Shown here piece by piece: positions 25,594-35,473 of a stretch of 64,000 bases of DNA. The position numbers were made by a program, and so were the translations under genes. This DNA comes from a virus. The stretch covers positions 141,741-205,740 of IMG/VR virus record IMGVR_UViG_3300042465_005589, one strand, 5' to 3'. Numbering within the stretch: the stretch's first letter is position 1; each line of letters opens with the position of its first letter. The notes beneath the pieces were generated by a model that was given only the letters and a program-made list of their open reading frames with translations, did no database searches and had not been told where the DNA came from.

Positions 25594-25914
25594 TTATAGA
25601 TTAGGGAAGATTAATACATCTTCATCGGATAAATAGTCGTCTATTTTGCTTTGTTTTCTATTTTGATAAGTTTTTCCAATTTTTCTCATATTTTCACACT
25701 CTTCTTCCGAATATTCGTGAGTTATTCTATAAATAAGACCATCTTCACTAAGATTTAACGCAATTCCGTTCTCATTTCTAATGTGGGGAACTTCATATGA
25801 GACACAATTCTTGGTATCAACACAAATTGTATTAAAAACCTCACTAACAACACCTCTGTTTATCCCACCATACTTGGTAAATTGAACGTACTTATCCCCT
25901 TCTTTGAAATCCAT
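25594..25914 (-). CDS. Hypothetical protein.
   Basis: 106-aa ORF. Confidence 0.5.
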   Translation of the reverse strand: MDFKEGDKYVQFTKYGGINRGVVSEVFNTICVDTKNCVSYEVPHIRNENGIALNLSEDGLIYRITHEYSEEECENMRKIGKTYQNRKQSKIDDYLSDEDVLIFPNL

Positions 25915-25919
25915 CTTTT

Positions 25920-26318
25920 TTATTTACTAGGTTTACAAACATAGAACCACACATAGTCACTGAATTCTACCGTTAACGACAGATATCCCGGACTACTTTT
26001 TAGTGCTCCCAAATAAATGTTACAAGTTCTACCTAATAAATCAGAGCAATACCATCTACTTGAACCATTCGATAATTTACCATCAAATTTAATTACGTGA
26101 TATTCTTGTCTTGTTTGAGAATAAATTGTGATGTCAGTCTCGTTTAATTTAATTAAAATATCACAATCTCTATATGTTGTTGTGTCCCAAGTCACTTTAT
26201 TTTTAGAATCTTTACTACCCATTTCAAATGTCTCAGCTCTAACATAATAAGGAGCGTCTTGACCAAAGGTTAGTAATGTCGTAAGTAGTAATACGAATGT
26301 AATTAATAGTTTTTTCAT
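25920..26318 (-). CDS. Secreted protein with a Bacteroidota-type signal peptide (MKKLLITFVLLLTTLLTFGQ).
   Basis: N-terminal signal peptide ending LTFGQ. Confidence 0.6.
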   Translation of the reverse strand: MKKLLITFVLLLTTLLTFGQDAPYYVRAETFEMGSKDSKNKVTWDTTTYRDCDILIKLNETDITIYSQTRQEYHVIKFDGKLSNGSSRWYCSDLLGRTCNIYLGALKSSPGYLSLTVEFSDYVWFYVCKPSK

Positions 26319-26322
26319 TTTG

Positions 26323-26790
26323 TTATTTTAATAGTTGTATAATTGTTTCAATGATTGCCGATAATATAATTCCTGTTAACACACCTAAAGCAAATCTATG
26401 TTGTTTCACAGGTTCCGGAGTAACCTCAACAGGTGTTGGTTTATTGTATTTCTTTCTGTAGTATGGTTTTTTCTTTTTAACCGGTTTATCTTCAGAGATT
26501 CCCAATATGGATTCTTTTACGATTTTAGGTGTTGGTTTTATTACCTTTTCAGGGTCTACAGTTACTCTTTTTTCTTTGTTGAATAATTCTCCTTCAACAT
26601 GTTCGCTTAATTTTCTTGACGACATTTCTTTTGTTTTATTTATTAAATTTATTGGTGGTAGTGGGATAAACTTACTACCTTTTTTTGATGGCTTTAAAAA
26701 ACTCCAATAGTTATTTTGGAAATCAATTAATTGCTTTCTATATTCATCCATTGATTGACCGGGATATGGTACAGGTAATAGTTTTCCCAT
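26323..26790 (-). CDS. Lys/Pro-rich protein with a C-terminal transmembrane anchor.
   Basis: C-terminal hydrophobic segment FALGVLTGIILSAIIETIIQLL. Confidence 0.5.
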   Translation of the reverse strand: MGKLLPVPYPGQSMDEYRKQLIDFQNNYWSFLKPSKKGSKFIPLPPINLINKTKEMSSRKLSEHVEGELFNKEKRVTVDPEKVIKPTPKIVKESILGISEDKPVKKKKPYYRKKYNKPTPVEVTPEPVKQHRFALGVLTGIILSAIIETIIQLLK

Positions 26791-27038
26791 TAATGTTTTG
26801 ATTTACTTGCTCCGATTACAAGAAAAAAAAGTGACGGTATGGCAAATACCGCACTAACAGAGAACATTAAAATTATACAACCTAAAGATAAAAGGTCGTA
26901 TTTATTCTTTACTATAAAGTTTATTAAATTATCCATAGCACAAAGATAAATAAAAAACCCCAAGAACTCAACTCTTAGGGTTATTTTTTTTTTAACATTT
27001 ACAAATTCCATCACCACCTTTGGAAGGATTACAAACAC
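26790..27038 (-). CDS. Small membrane protein.
   Basis: Two hydrophobic segments. Confidence 0.45.
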   Translation of the reverse strand: MFVILPKVVMEFVNVKKKITLRVEFLGFFIYLCAMDNLINFIVKNKYDLLSLGCIILMFSVSAVFAIPSLFFLVIGASKSKH

Positions 27039-27160
27039 ATTCCCTCTTTGGTGTTCCCGTTTTTAGGGTATAATCCGGAAATAGTTTCATTAATGATTTA
27101 ACCTCATCAACTTTTCCGATACTATCAATAATTGTGATAGTTTTCTCTTCTGTATTAATT

Positions 27161-27283
27161 TTATATTCCACTGTACTGATTTATTACTAAGGCTCCGATA
27201 ACAATTATTATAAACATAATTATTAACATTTTTGTCCCTCTTTTATATTCTTTTTCCATCTCCATATAATCTTTCTTTTTCAT
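27161..27283 (-). CDS. Possible small membrane peptide (MKKKDYMEMEKEYKRGTKMLIIMFIIIVIGALVINQYSGI).
   Basis: Internal Met of track ORF 27161..27367, chosen so that it does not overlap the upstream gene. Confidence 0.3.
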   Translation of the reverse strand: MKKKDYMEMEKEYKRGTKMLIIMFIIIVIGALVINQYSGI

Positions 27284-27284
27284 T

Positions 27285-28004
27285 TTATTTTTTGTGGAAT
27301 TCAATAACTTCCCACACACCTTTTTTTGTCTCAACAAGAGCGGTACAATTTTCACACCAATCCCCACTATTCATATAATTATCTTTTAACTCCGGTTGAT
27401 GAATGTGTCCACATACGGCAACATCACATCCTTTTTTGTAAGCCAATAGTATTGCGTTATGTTCAAAATCATTTATAAAGTTAACGGCTTTCTTAACACC
27501 ATTCTTAATATCTTTAGAGATGGAATAATAAGGTAACCCTCTCATCTCACGATATTTGTTATAAACTCTATTCATCCATAATGCTAAGTCATAACCTATT
27601 GAACCAATGTGAGCCAACCATTTTGCTTTGGTTATAAATACATCCAACACATCTCCGTGAAACACATACATCTTACGACCATCTATAGATGTGAAAGTAT
27701 AATCCTCCGTGATTGTTAGATTGGATAATTGGAATGGAATAAAATCTTTTAGGAACTCATCGTGATTTCCTCTGAGCCAAATAACATTCACACCTTTCTC
27801 ACTCATCTTCATTATCTTTCTCAATACTTTGGTATGACTTTCCTTCCATTTCCCACCTCTTTTAAGAGCCCAACCATCTACGATATCACCATTTAAAATT
27901 AAGGTCTCTGTGGTGTTGTTTTCAAGAAATTCTACCACATCTTCAGCTCTACTTGATTTAGAACCCAAGTGAATGTCTGATAGAATTATTGTTTTATATT
28001 TCAT
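27285..28004 (-). CDS. Calcineurin-like metallophosphoesterase, possibly LpxH-like.
   Basis: Motifs ILSDIHLGS, LNGDIVDGW, LRGNHDEF and CGHIHQP. Confidence 0.7.
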   Translation of the reverse strand: MKYKTIILSDIHLGSKSSRAEDVVEFLENNTTETLILNGDIVDGWALKRGGKWKESHTKVLRKIMKMSEKGVNVIWLRGNHDEFLKDFIPFQLSNLTITEDYTFTSIDGRKMYVFHGDVLDVFITKAKWLAHIGSIGYDLALWMNRVYNKYREMRGLPYYSISKDIKNGVKKAVNFINDFEHNAILLAYKKGCDVAVCGHIHQPELKDNYMNSGDWCENCTALVETKKGVWEVIEFHKK

Positions 28005-28714
28005 TATGTCCAGTAATTATGTTCCTTTGTGAAGAACTCATCGTTATTTCTATTAAACCAAGATTTAATCATCATCTTAACCATATAGAATAAACCTTTG
28101 TTCTTAAATCGTCTTGATGTGGTATAAACAATTTTGTCCGCTACATAAAACTTATTTGGTTTTATCTTTGAACTTAAATGATAATCCTCAGCGAACTTGT
28201 CATCCGGATTAAATCCTCCCAATGAATTAAATTCCTCTAAATTAAATAACATAAATCCTCCAACCGCAAATGGTGTAGAGAATTTGGTTAAGTATTGGAT
28301 AACATCAAATGATTTATACACATAATTGTAATCACCATCGTCAGTTCTCATTTTAGTTGTTGACAAATGATAATCATTTTCTTTCATAACTTCAACCATA
28401 CAATTTAATAGGCAATATTGGTTGATGAATATGTCGGCATCCAAAAATAAAACATAAGGAGTTTTTATCTTTTTGGTTCCGTTGTTTCTGGCTTCGGCAG
28501 GAAATCCCCCTTTAACTATTTTTACATTGATATTGGTATGGTATGAACCAAGAATACATTTCTGTGTGAATCCATCGTCCGTTGAAGAATCGGCAACCAT
28601 TACATTTACACCTTTAATATTATTTTGCAAGTTTAACAATCCTAAAGTTTTCTTTATGATTAATCCCTCATTTTTACAGGGGATTACAATTGTTAAATCC
28701 TTACTTAAACTCAT
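28004..28714 (-). CDS. Glycosyltransferase family 2.
   Basis: TIVIPCKNE (N-terminal GT2 signature) and the DxD motif in LFLDADIF. Confidence 0.7.
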   Translation of the reverse strand: MSLSKDLTIVIPCKNEGLIIKKTLGLLNLQNNIKGVNVMVADSSTDDGFTQKCILGSYHTNINVKIVKGGFPAEARNNGTKKIKTPYVLFLDADIFINQYCLLNCMVEVMKENDYHLSTTKMRTDDGDYNYVYKSFDVIQYLTKFSTPFAVGGFMLFNLEEFNSLGGFNPDDKFAEDYHLSSKIKPNKFYVADKIVYTTSRRFKNKGLFYMVKMMIKSWFNRNNDEFFTKEHNYWT

Positions 28715-30405
28715 ATACTTATATCATCTAATCTATAATTAACATTTTCATTTACAACACTATCATCAGGTGATGGATACCATCTGTCATCGGGGTCAAA
28801 GTCAGGTTTATCAATATGACTTTCAGATAATAATTCATTAAATATTCCTTCTAAATCATACTTACCATCCCTATTCATATGATTTTCAAATATTTCATCA
28901 ACCCAACCTTCATCAATATCAACTAAATTAGCTAAATCGACTTGAATTTTGGCTCCGGTGTCATTAAATTCATATACATTACCATAAAACTCTAACGCCG
29001 ACTCAATTTCTTTCTGTAGAAAATCTACATAATCATTTGCGTCAGCATCATTTATCGCACCACCAATAGCATTTCTTATTTCCCAATCATCATCCACTTG
29101 TTTGATAGAATCTTCTAAATCTAAATCCTCATCTAATTCAACACCATCTCTTTCTGCCATTTTTCTAACAATATCCCACAATCTTTCTTCGGTTGGTTTG
29201 TCTACTGTATATTGGAAATAACTACCAAAATCTTCGTAACCGTCTTGATTCCACAAATCCCAAGCATCACCAGCCATTATTTCAACAAAAATACTTGTTC
29301 TTGTTTGTTTTCCGGTTGTTCTATTAGTATAAGTACGATAGGTACATCCATCAACATAATCATCAAAATCCTCAGGTTTAATTTCTAATGAGAATCCTGT
29401 TGGTAATGGTTCCATTTCAATAATACCCATCTTATCTAACAATCGTTGCATAGGTCTTGACGAGAACAACTCCGGTCTATTTTGATACAATTCTTTGATT
29501 GTTTGTTCCGGTAAGTCAGACAATTTAAAATCCTGTTCTGATGCGTACTCCGTTCCAAATCCTTGAATTAAATAATCATCTTCTTCACCTTCACCACCTA
29601 ACACGTAGAATAACGGTTGAATGTATTGATGGTATTCATCTTTTGGTTTTGAGTTCTTAACACCCTTCAACTGATACATAATACCATCCTCACCAATTGC
29701 CGCAGTTAGAACTGATTTGTTTAATTTATATTTGTTGTTAATCGGAATTACTTGTCTTAATGAATAAAGATATCCATAAGAACTTCTTCCACAATGCCCC
29801 ATTCTATTACATTCTTCTGATGAGTTTTTTGTATTCAAATCAGCCCAATAAAACCCATTTCCATTTTCATCAGTGAAATCTAATATAGTTGGGTTTTCTT
29901 CCTTATAATTAATATCACCCTGACCAATTTCCAAACTATCGTGCCATTGTTTTGATTTACGATGTAATTCATTCAAATTTAACTCTTTATTTTCACCTAA
30001 ATTACCATTCAAACCAACTCTAATCCAATCCATTATTGATGTAATATCTTGTCTATGTGAATTAATAGCTAAATTATTGTTCATATTTTTAATCGTAGCT
30101 CTTTTATATTCTTTATCATCGTCAAATTCCGGAAGGATTGATACTAAACGTTTAGAATAAAAATCAATAAATTTATTACCCATCCAAACAGATAAAGGAC
30201 CACATAGTTTATCCAATAGGTCAGCATTCTCCTCATTAAACCCAATCTTATCCATTAAGATTTGTTTCTTGGATGCCTCCGTAATGATTTGTCTTATACT
30301 CTCAATTAATTTCATACCTATATAAATATAACGAAAACAAAAAACCCCCAATGAGGAGGTTTTTTTATACTGTAAATTTGAAATGATTAGTTTCGTCAAA
30401 ATCAA
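28711..30405 (-). CDS. Hypothetical large acidic protein.
   Basis: 564-aa ORF. Confidence 0.65.
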   Translation of the reverse strand: MILTKLIISNLQYKKTSSLGVFCFRYIYIGMKLIESIRQIITEASKKQILMDKIGFNEENADLLDKLCGPLSVWMGNKFIDFYSKRLVSILPEFDDDKEYKRATIKNMNNNLAINSHRQDITSIMDWIRVGLNGNLGENKELNLNELHRKSKQWHDSLEIGQGDINYKEENPTILDFTDENGNGFYWADLNTKNSSEECNRMGHCGRSSYGYLYSLRQVIPINNKYKLNKSVLTAAIGEDGIMYQLKGVKNSKPKDEYHQYIQPLFYVLGGEGEEDDYLIQGFGTEYASEQDFKLSDLPEQTIKELYQNRPELFSSRPMQRLLDKMGIIEMEPLPTGFSLEIKPEDFDDYVDGCTYRTYTNRTTGKQTRTSIFVEIMAGDAWDLWNQDGYEDFGSYFQYTVDKPTEERLWDIVRKMAERDGVELDEDLDLEDSIKQVDDDWEIRNAIGGAINDADANDYVDFLQKEIESALEFYGNVYEFNDTGAKIQVDLANLVDIDEGWVDEIFENHMNRDGKYDLEGIFNELLSESHIDKPDFDPDDRWYPSPDDSVVNENVNYRLDDISI

Positions 30406-30667
30406 AGGTAGCTATCACATCATCTGTACCCCACACAAATCTAATAAAAAAACTAATGTCGGGATAAAGATTACCTGAATTTCCGGGAAATGAAATCACA
30501 ATTTCATGTTTTTGTGAATTATAATTGAGTTCTGCCCTCATCCTACCATCACCACCTAAATACTGTTTATAATTGGAGTAAGCACTAATTTTAATACCAA
30601 CTTTATCCCAAAGTGTAGGGTATTTGTGTTTTAATAACCTTTGGAAATAATTAACCTCGTGTGTCAT
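30365..30667 (-). CDS. Hypothetical protein.
   Basis: 100-aa ORF. Confidence 0.5.
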   Translation of the reverse strand: MTHEVNYFQRLLKHKYPTLWDKVGIKISAYSNYKQYLGGDGRMRAELNYNSQKHEIVISFPGNSGNLYPDISFFIRFVWGTDDVIATFDFDETNHFKFTV

Positions 30668-31208
30668 TCCCTACCCAATCAATCTTTGGACAATACTTGT
30701 TGTATTTCGCTTTGATAAATTCTGTGGTTAAATTAACTTTGGTTTTTTCATAAACCCATTTGTTCTCTGTTTCAGAATAATATGATTTATCTGTGGTAGA
30801 ATATTCTCTCAAATATTTAATACCTTCAATGATTCCAATCACAATTAACCCCAACCATACCATACAACCTAAGATTTGACAAAACTCCCAAAAACTTTTT
30901 GTTTCAATAGGTGTGAAGAAACCAGCAATCGCGGTGATTAAAGAGGTAACCAACAATATTCCAATATAAACACCACAACTAACTCCTAATCGTTCTCCTG
31001 TACCTCTATCACCATTCTCATATCGTTTATCAAACAAATCATAAACAACCACCGGGATTGATATTAATGTATATGGAATGATTGTTAGGTACATCAAAAC
31101 CACTTTCCAAAAGTAAGGACACAAGTTATTTGGTAACCCTTTCCACTCACTAACACCATAAAACCATTTGTATAGTTTTGAACTAACTGAATTTTTATTT
31201 AATCTCAT
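30651..31208 (-). CDS. Multi-pass membrane protein.
   Basis: Several hydrophobic helices. Confidence 0.55.
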   Translation of the reverse strand: MRLNKNSVSSKLYKWFYGVSEWKGLPNNLCPYFWKVVLMYLTIIPYTLISIPVVVYDLFDKRYENGDRGTGERLGVSCGVYIGILLVTSLITAIAGFFTPIETKSFWEFCQILGCMVWLGLIVIGIIEGIKYLREYSTTDKSYYSETENKWVYEKTKVNLTTEFIKAKYNKYCPKIDWVGNDTRG

Positions 31209-31558
31209 AATCCTAATTTTTCTTTTTTTGTTTTACCACTTTTTGCTCCCAACTCAACGTATAGTTTTTGAATCTCTCCATACGACTTATACCATCTCGG
31301 TATTGCACCAACATCTGAAATATAATAACCCATCAAACAAGTACTTAAACTTGAAGAGATATACGGGTTACCACTTGAACTAATCATACAATCCGGATTT
31401 TTTCCGTCTAAAAGGTATGGGTTACTTTTTCTAACTTTCTCAATGAACTCTAAAACATCCCCATCTTTTGGTGGGAACCCTGTAACACTTATATTTACAA
31501 TCTCATACACCGAGAAACACACAAACCCAACAATCAACAATATTACTAATCCTATCAT
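31205..31558 (-). CDS. Membrane-anchored protein.
   Basis: N-terminal transmembrane segment MIGLVILLIVGFVCFSV. Confidence 0.5.
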   Translation of the reverse strand: MIGLVILLIVGFVCFSVYEIVNISVTGFPPKDGDVLEFIEKVRKSNPYLLDGKNPDCMISSSGNPYISSSLSTCLMGYYISDVGAIPRWYKSYGEIQKLYVELGAKSGKTKKEKLGL

Positions 31559-31564
31559 AACCTA

Positions 31565-32422
31565 TTATTTTCTATTTAATAATATTCCCTGAGCCGAACC
31601 AAACACATTATTATGTCCGTATTCTGATGTACCATTCGTAGCTCTTATTCTCTCGGTCTCCGCTCTATACAACTCTAACAATTTAGGTTGAGATAAAATT
31701 TCCTTTGTTTTAGCGTCGTATAGTGCTGCCTCATAGTTACCTTTCGCATTTGCCACTTTCTTAAGTGCCGTTTGTTCCGCTTGTTTTGTTTGAGATATAA
31801 TGGTTGCCGTCTCCTGAAGAACCGCAATCTTTCTCTCAATAGCCGCCTTATACGAAGCCGGTAATGCCATTTTAAGGATTGCGATGTTATTCAATGTAAA
31901 CCCTTCTTTCTCTAACGCCACAGTCAAGGTCTTAGTCACGTTCGACTCATACACATTTCTATGTTGTAATAAACTATCCGATGCGAACGATACAGCATTT
32001 TCCAATAATTCCTTTCTAACAATCGTTCTTACTCTTGAATTAATTAAATCCTCCATACCCACTCGATACTTAATAAATAAGTCAGCCGCTCTCGCTCTCT
32101 GTAATTGTAAGTTAATCGACACATCTAACCCGAATGTCGCACCATCCGCAGATGTTACATCAATATGTTCATCCGTTGGGGAATCTTCATTTGAATCTGC
32201 TGACCATACTTTGTGTTGAACCGATGTTGGATACATAAACACATCCTGTGTTGGTGGGAAATAAAAGATAAACCCCGAAGCCATTTCAATATTGGGAATA
32301 CCCTTGTTAGTCCCAATTTGGTCCACCACTAACGCAACCTCAGCCGAGTCAGCAATCTTACAAGAAGCTACTCCAAAAATAAACAATAACACTACACCTA
32401 CTACTACTAAAATTCTTTTCAT
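31565..32422 (-). CDS. SPFH/band-7 (HflK/C-like, prohibitin-like) protein with a lipobox.
   Basis: N-terminal MKRILVVVGVVLLFIFGVASC (lipobox), an SPFH core, and an Ala/Glu/Lys-rich coiled-coil tail. The promoter motif lies 38 nt upstream. Confidence 0.6.
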   Translation of the reverse strand: MKRILVVVGVVLLFIFGVASCKIADSAEVALVVDQIGTNKGIPNIEMASGFIFYFPPTQDVFMYPTSVQHKVWSADSNEDSPTDEHIDVTSADGATFGLDVSINLQLQRARAADLFIKYRVGMEDLINSRVRTIVRKELLENAVSFASDSLLQHRNVYESNVTKTLTVALEKEGFTLNNIAILKMALPASYKAAIERKIAVLQETATIISQTKQAEQTALKKVANAKGNYEAALYDAKTKEILSQPKLLELYRAETERIRATNGTSEYGHNNVFGSAQGILLNRK

Positions 32423-32457
32423 TTTTTTTCTATTTTAATTATTACTTTTTTAATTGG

Positions 32458-32485
32458 GTACAAAGATATACCATTTTTTTTAATA
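32458..32485 (-). promoter_or_regulatory. Conserved upstream motif copy (GTACAAAGATATACCATTTTTTTTAATA).
   Basis: 38 nt upstream of the SPFH gene start. Confidence 0.45.
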
Positions 32486-32496
32486 CACAACTTTTT

Positions 32497-32739
32497 TTAT
32501 TCTTTTTTTTCTTTATCAAAGAAAACACCCTTCATATTCTTTAAGAACATTGCAATGTTATCCCCAAAATAGATTATTGGTCCGATAGTTGTTAACACCA
32601 ATAATAAAAACCCACCATAGAATACAAAGGTATTAGGTAGTTTCATAAGGTAAAACGATAATTTAATCAATTCTACCCAAGCGAAGATTCCAATTAGAAC
32701 TCCCATAAATTTCAATAAACTTTTCATACTTTTAATCAT
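32497..32739 (-). CDS. Small membrane protein.
   Basis: Three hydrophobic segments. Confidence 0.5.
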   Translation of the reverse strand: MIKSMKSLLKFMGVLIGIFAWVELIKLSFYLMKLPNTFVFYGGFLLLVLTTIGPIIYFGDNIAMFLKNMKGVFFDKEKKE

Positions 32740-33298
32740 TAAATAAATTATTCAAATATCTAAACATTTCACCATATGGGTGATTCTCTTTTCTATCCCA
32801 TCCTAACTGAACGATGAAATTATCATTCTCATTTTTATACATCTCAAACATACGAGATTTAGTCATCTTACCATACTGAACGTTTGCTATTCTATCACAT
32901 AGTTTCACAAACACTGCTCCCGGAGTATTTCTAATACCTTCGTAGTATTTGTCTCCAGCTCTCTCTTTACGATTCTTACCTTTGTCGTTGGTAACTGCGT
33001 AGATAATATCTGTAGCCTCTTCACCCAACTCAGTTTTAACATCGTTGTAAGACACTCGTGTGTCCTCAATTAAATCGTGACCCCAACTAGCTTTACGACA
33101 AGCATCTCTTAACGTGATTTGAAATGGTGGATGAGTAACTTTGTCACCGGTCTTCATATCAAATTCTCCATCCAATAGATGTTGGAAATCCTCACACACA
33201 TTATTCACCATTCGTAAGTGAAATTCATACGGTAAATATCTGTCGTATTGATGATTTGTTTTGCGGTGTTGTTCTATACACCAATCTACATAGTTCAT
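32732..33298 (-). CDS. HD-domain phosphohydrolase resembling the SpoT/Mesh1 (p)ppGpp hydrolase HD domain.
   Basis: SWGHDLIEDTRVSYNDVKTELGEEATDIIYAVTNDKG matches the RelA/SpoT hydrolase signature LHDvvEDT...FG..va.lV.gvTK. Confidence 0.55.
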   Translation of the reverse strand: MNYVDWCIEQHRKTNHQYDRYLPYEFHLRMVNNVCEDFQHLLDGEFDMKTGDKVTHPPFQITLRDACRKASWGHDLIEDTRVSYNDVKTELGEEATDIIYAVTNDKGKNRKERAGDKYYEGIRNTPGAVFVKLCDRIANVQYGKMTKSRMFEMYKNENDNFIVQLGWDRKENHPYGEMFRYLNNLFND

Positions 33299-33299
33299 T

Positions 33300-33509
33300 T
33301 TATCTTTGAATTAACATATTTGTATTTGCCATTGGTACTCTTAACACCGGAACTACTCCTCCGGTATCACCTGATTTTTGCATTACCTCGTAATACCCGT
33401 TTTCAACTTTCACAGTTGGAACATCTTTAAAGTTTAATAATTCCAACCCTCTTAACCCATCTTGGAGTACAACTGTTTTATCTGTACTGTTAAACACTAA
33501 TGTTTGCAT
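33300..33509 (-). CDS. Hypothetical small protein.
   Basis: 69-aa ORF. Confidence 0.45.
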   Translation of the reverse strand: MQTLVFNSTDKTVVLQDGLRGLELLNFKDVPTVKVENGYYEVMQKSGDTGGVVPVLRVPMANTNMLIQR

Positions 33510-33515
33510 AATTTG

Positions 33516-34301
33516 TTATTTTAATTTTAATTTATTCATCATTCTTTTAAATACACTCTCTTTTTCAACTTTTGGTCTTTCAATTATTCTTGGTTCTATA
33601 GAATAACTCATTTGTTGTTCACCACCAATATATTGTTTCATTCGTTCTTGTTTTCTATAATCAGAAACAAAATCATCTCTTAATTGAAGGAACTCTCTCT
33701 GTTCTCTACCTCTATCCATATAAGAATATGGGTCAGCCGCTAATGGGGCTTTTTGTGTTACTCTATCATATTCTCTGTTTCTAACTACCCATTCTTTCAT
33801 TTGTTGAATTCTTGGATGGGTTTCAATCACAACCCTAACATCCGACCATCTACGACTTTGACTCATCGTCACATATTCATACAACAAATCCAAATAAGTT
33901 TTTCCAATGGTTCTATGTGGCGTGATGATAAGGATATTGAAATTAACTATAGTAGTCAAGTCATACCAATCTAATACTTTATCCGTTGATTCCATAATAG
34001 CACCAATTAAAACTTCAGTTTGATTATATTCCTCCTTCATTTTATAAACAAAACAATAATTCCCAACACCCCAATATTTTGTAAAATAAACCTCCGATAA
34101 CATTGTATTGTCTTTATCAATATGATGACCCAACTCTATATCAAGAAGTCTGTTGATAATTTTAGTTCTTCTATCTTCATCCTCACGGAAATTACGATTC
34201 CAATCGGGGTTAATCTTATAACCTCGTGAAACTAAATTTAAATAATCCGTATATTTTAATTCTCTTGCCATATGAGGCAAATATAAGACAAAAAAAATCA
34301 C
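33516..34301 (-). CDS. Hypothetical protein.
   Basis: 261-aa ORF. Confidence 0.6.
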   Translation of the reverse strand: MIFFVLYLPHMARELKYTDYLNLVSRGYKINPDWNRNFREDEDRRTKIINRLLDIELGHHIDKDNTMLSEVYFTKYWGVGNYCFVYKMKEEYNQTEVLIGAIMESTDKVLDWYDLTTIVNFNILIITPHRTIGKTYLDLLYEYVTMSQSRRWSDVRVVIETHPRIQQMKEWVVRNREYDRVTQKAPLAADPYSYMDRGREQREFLQLRDDFVSDYRKQERMKQYIGGEQQMSYSIEPRIIERPKVEKESVFKRMMNKLKLK

Positions 34302-34345
34302 CTAACAAATTATTAGGTGATATTATTATAAAAAAAGTTATTAAA

Positions 34346-35470
34346 TTAAGGGTTGTAATGTCTTTGATATGATTTAAATCTTTGTTGACTAACATCATCA
34401 GTATCAATTATATTAAAATACTTCTCAACATTTGGATTGTTAAGTAACTTAAGAAAATAATTATTTACTTGACCTCTAGAGATAGATAATCTTTTTAATT
34501 TGGTATATCGTCTGATAGATAATTCTTTAGACATTTTTTTATACAACCAATACGGTATTTTAATAAATTCAAACCCTTCTTTACCTTCAACCGGTCCTAA
34601 CATTTCTATTTGAGATTTTGGTAGTTTAGCAAAATGAATGTCAATGTTATATGATTCCGCACCATCCATAAATAATCCTGAGCGGTCTAATTGTTCGTAA
34701 ATATTTAAAACATCAATCATCGTCCCACTGTCACCAACTATCATATAAGCACCTATCATCGTTTTTTCTTCTGGAAGATAAACTAACTTATTAAAGTCAG
34801 GTGTTGTATCAATTGGTTCTTCTTGTTCATTAATTCTTGAAGACAATGGTGGGTTTAATAAAAACTTATCATTAACCCAACGTCTTAATTCATTCTCAAC
34901 AAAATATTCAGGTACTTCCTCATCGTCCGGTTTTTCAGTCGCCAACTCAGCAATGTGTTTAGCAAATTTAACTTTATATTTATCATCCAACATGGTCATT
35001 AAACCATCTGAAATAAAGAATATCTTAGAGAAGGGGTCATCTAAATGTATGTCGCCTTCCGCAATTTGAAATGATTTAAGAATTGCTCTTCCCCAAAAAG
35101 TTTTATAACTTTCTGTTTCAGTTAAACTTGGTTTCAATATCTTATTGATAGCTCTAACAACACTACCAACAACACCCGGAATCATAAGTTGTGGTAAAAA
35201 CCAAGGCAATAATCTAATGGTCGCCTTAACACCTCCCTCACCAATGTGTTTGAATATTCTTTTCTTTGTCGCACTTTCAACAATCGCCCGTAACTGACCA
35301 AAGGTAATTTTACCCTGAGCATGACAAAACTTTTCACTATCACAAATATTTTTGACTGTAGTTTTTGAAGGTTCTACATCAATATTCTCAGTTAATTTCG
35401 TATATTGCGGTCCTGTAATCTTAATTTTCATAATTATAAATATCTTGAATATATTTATTGTTAAACTCAT
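34346..35470 (-). CDS. Hypothetical protein.
   Basis: 374-aa ORF. Confidence 0.6.
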   Translation of the reverse strand: MSLTINIFKIFIIMKIKITGPQYTKLTENIDVEPSKTTVKNICDSEKFCHAQGKITFGQLRAIVESATKKRIFKHIGEGGVKATIRLLPWFLPQLMIPGVVGSVVRAINKILKPSLTETESYKTFWGRAILKSFQIAEGDIHLDDPFSKIFFISDGLMTMLDDKYKVKFAKHIAELATEKPDDEEVPEYFVENELRRWVNDKFLLNPPLSSRINEQEEPIDTTPDFNKLVYLPEEKTMIGAYMIVGDSGTMIDVLNIYEQLDRSGLFMDGAESYNIDIHFAKLPKSQIEMLGPVEGKEGFEFIKIPYWLYKKMSKELSIRRYTKLKRLSISRGQVNNYFLKLLNNPNVEKYFNIIDTDDVSQQRFKSYQRHYNP

Positions 35471-35473
35471 ACA

